From assembly GCA_963709525.1 (NCBI GenBank), contig CAVPXB010000021.1:54442-118441 (forward strand): DNA of 64,000 nucleotides, in the 5' to 3' direction. Source of the stretch: an uncultured beta proteobacterium (lineage in GTDB: Bacteria; Pseudomonadota; Gammaproteobacteria; Burkholderiales; Casimicrobiaceae). Below are positions 62,588 through 64,000 of this stretch, in pieces. The notes below the pieces were generated by a model that saw only the letters and a program-made list of their open reading frames with translations, did not search any database and had not been told where the DNA came from. A program made the position numbers and the translations under genes. Within the stretch, counting starts at the first letter, position 1. Each line of letters starts with the position of its first letter.

Positions 62588-64000
62588 ATGTCACTATTGA
62601 TCGGAGTCCCAAAGGAAGTTTTTCCGGGCGAAAGGCGGGTCGCGTCCGTGCCCGAGGTCGTCCTGAAGCTGATCAAGCAGGGTTTCAGGGTCGCCGTCGA
62701 AACCGGTGCCGGCGACACCGCCAGCATCAGCGATGACGCCTACCGCGCCGCGGGCGCGGAAATCGTCGACGACAGGGCCAGGTTGTGGGCGATGTCCGAT
62801 ATCGTCTTCAAGCTGCGCAGCCCGAACAGCGAAGAAGTCGGCCTGCTGCGCGAAGGCGCTACGGTGGTCAGCTTCATCTGGCCGGCGCAGAACCCCGAGC
62901 TGCTGCAGCAGCTGGCCGCCAGGAAGGCGACCGTGCTGGCGATGGACAGCGTCCCGCGCATCTCTCGCGCGCAGAAGCTCGATGCGCTCTCGTCGATGGC
63001 CAACATAGCCGGCTACCGCGCGGTCATCGAAGCGGCGCACGAGTTCGGCCGTTTCTTCGCCGGTTCGATCACCGCCGCCGGCAAGGTTCCGCCCGCCAAG
63101 GTCTTCGTCATCGGTGCCGGCGTCGCCGGTCTGGCCGCCATCGGCGCCGCGGCCAATCTGGGTGCGATCGTTCGCGCCAACGACACGCGCTCGGAAGTGG
63201 CCGATCAGGTCAAGTCGATGGGCGGCGAGTTCGTGCCCGTCGACTACGTGGAGGAGGGCGCCGGCGTCGGCGGCTACGCCAAGCTGATGAGCGAGGGTTT
63301 CCAGAAGGCCCAGCGCGAGGTGTTCGCCACGCAGGCCAGGGAAGTCGACATCATCATCACCACCGCCCTGATACCGGGCAGGCCCGCGCCCAAGCTGATC
63401 ACCGAAGAGATGGTCAAGTCGATGAAACAGGGCAGCGTCATCGTCGACATGGCTGCGGAGCAGGGCGGCAACTGCGAACTGACCGAACCGGACAAGGTGG
63501 TCGTCAAGCACGGCGTCACCATCGTCGGTCACAAGGACCTGCCGAGCAGGCTGGCGAAGCAGGCGTCGACGGCGTACGCGACGAATCTCTTCCGCCTGAT
63601 GGAAGACATGATCAAGACGAAGAGCATCGACCAGGAAGCCGGCACGCTCGACGTCGACATGGAAGACGAGGTCCTGCGCGGCACGACGGTGATCAAGGAA
63701 GGCAAGGTCACCTGGCCGCCCCCGGCACCCAGGCTCTCGGCCGCGCCGACGCAGGCAGCGAAGCCGGCAGCCGCCGTGCCGGCGGCGAAGAAGGGCCACG
63801 GTCACGGCGGCGAGCCGATGCCGGCGCAGAAGCTGGCGATCGTGTTCGGCGTTGCCGCCGCCATGTTCTGGTTCGTCGGCGCCAGCGCGCCGGCCGCATT
63901 CCTCGCCCACTTCACGGTCTTCGTGCTGGCGTGCTTCGTCGGCTACATGGTGGTGTGGAACGTGACGCCGGCCCTGCACACGCCGCTGATGAGCGTCACC
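62588..64000 (+). CDS. pntA: NAD(P) transhydrogenase alpha subunit, 3' end outside window
   Basis: Not in the ORF track because there is no stop in the window. My own translation from ATG 62588 (AAGGGAGA RBS) gives '[23 protein letters not shown]...[17 protein letters not shown]...[11 protein letters not shown]...' and then C-terminal TM helices. It is open to base 64000. Confidence 0.9.
   Translation, partial: MSLLIGVPKEVFPGERRVASVPEVVLKLIKQGFRVAVETGAGDTASISDDAYRAAGAEIVDDRARLWAMSDIVFKLRSPNSEEVGLLREGATVVSFIWPAQNPELLQQLAARKATVLAMDSVPRISRAQKLDALSSMANIAGYRAVIEAAHEFGRFFAGSITAAGKVPPAKVFVIGAGVAGLAAIGAAANLGAIVRANDTRSEVADQVKSMGGEFVPVDYVEEGAGVGGYAKLMSEGFQKAQREVFATQAREVDIIITTALIPGRPAPKLITEEMVKSMKQGSVIVDMAAEQGGNCELTEPDKVVVKHGVTIVGHKDLPSRLAKQASTAYATNLFRLMEDMIKTKSIDQEAGTLDVDMEDEVLRGTTVIKEGKVTWPPPAPRLSAAPTQAAKPAAAVPAAKKGHGHGGEPMPAQKLAIVFGVAAAMFWFVGASAPAAFLAHFTVFVLACFVGYMVVWNVTPALHTPLMSVT

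Overview
GC-rich 64-kb chromosomal segment (G+C judged by eye, not computed). Gene order looks betaproteobacterial, Burkholderiales/Rhodocyclales-like; this is inference from synteny and a Bug/TctC-family binding protein, with no search run. I can support about 60 protein genes and 2 tRNAs, almost all housekeeping. In order: 3' part of a formate dehydrogenase gamma subunit; tRNA-Ser; secreted S8 protease; divergent suhB/trmJ; cysE plus a complete iscR-iscSUA-hscBA-fdx-iscX cluster; MFS transporter; a divergent membrane pyrophosphatase; two uncharacterised genes (one DUF123/GIY-YIG-like); DUF1015; a decayed purT; rnr; tRNA-Leu; aminotransferase; Lys/Ala-rich histone-H1-like protein; PRT-purA-hisZ-DUF2065-hflC-hflK-hflX-hfq-der; a 7.7-kb accessory block (MenA-like prenyltransferase, BisC-like Mo-oxidoreductase, SDR, DapA-like, Bug SBP, cysK); bamB-yfgM-hisS-ispG-rodZ-pilW-rlmN-ndk; dctPQM TRAP transporter; tilS, accA, TauE, GNAT, ICMT-like, tartrate dehydrogenase-like; 5' part of pntA. 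I saw no IS element, integrase, prophage, CRISPR array, toxin-antitoxin pair or recognisable defence system, and no compelling evidence for a novel multi-gene system. Points worth a second look: (1) nine single-base indels break conserved genes, five of them alternating +1/-1 within about 520 bp of purT, which means either assembly error or real decay; (2) the accessory block interrupts the otherwise conserved der-bamB junction; (3) a purA-PRT spacer closed by a 19-nt inverted repeat; (4) orphan ORFs coupled to trmJ and downstream of hppA. All family calls rest on motif recognition from memory, not on database searches.
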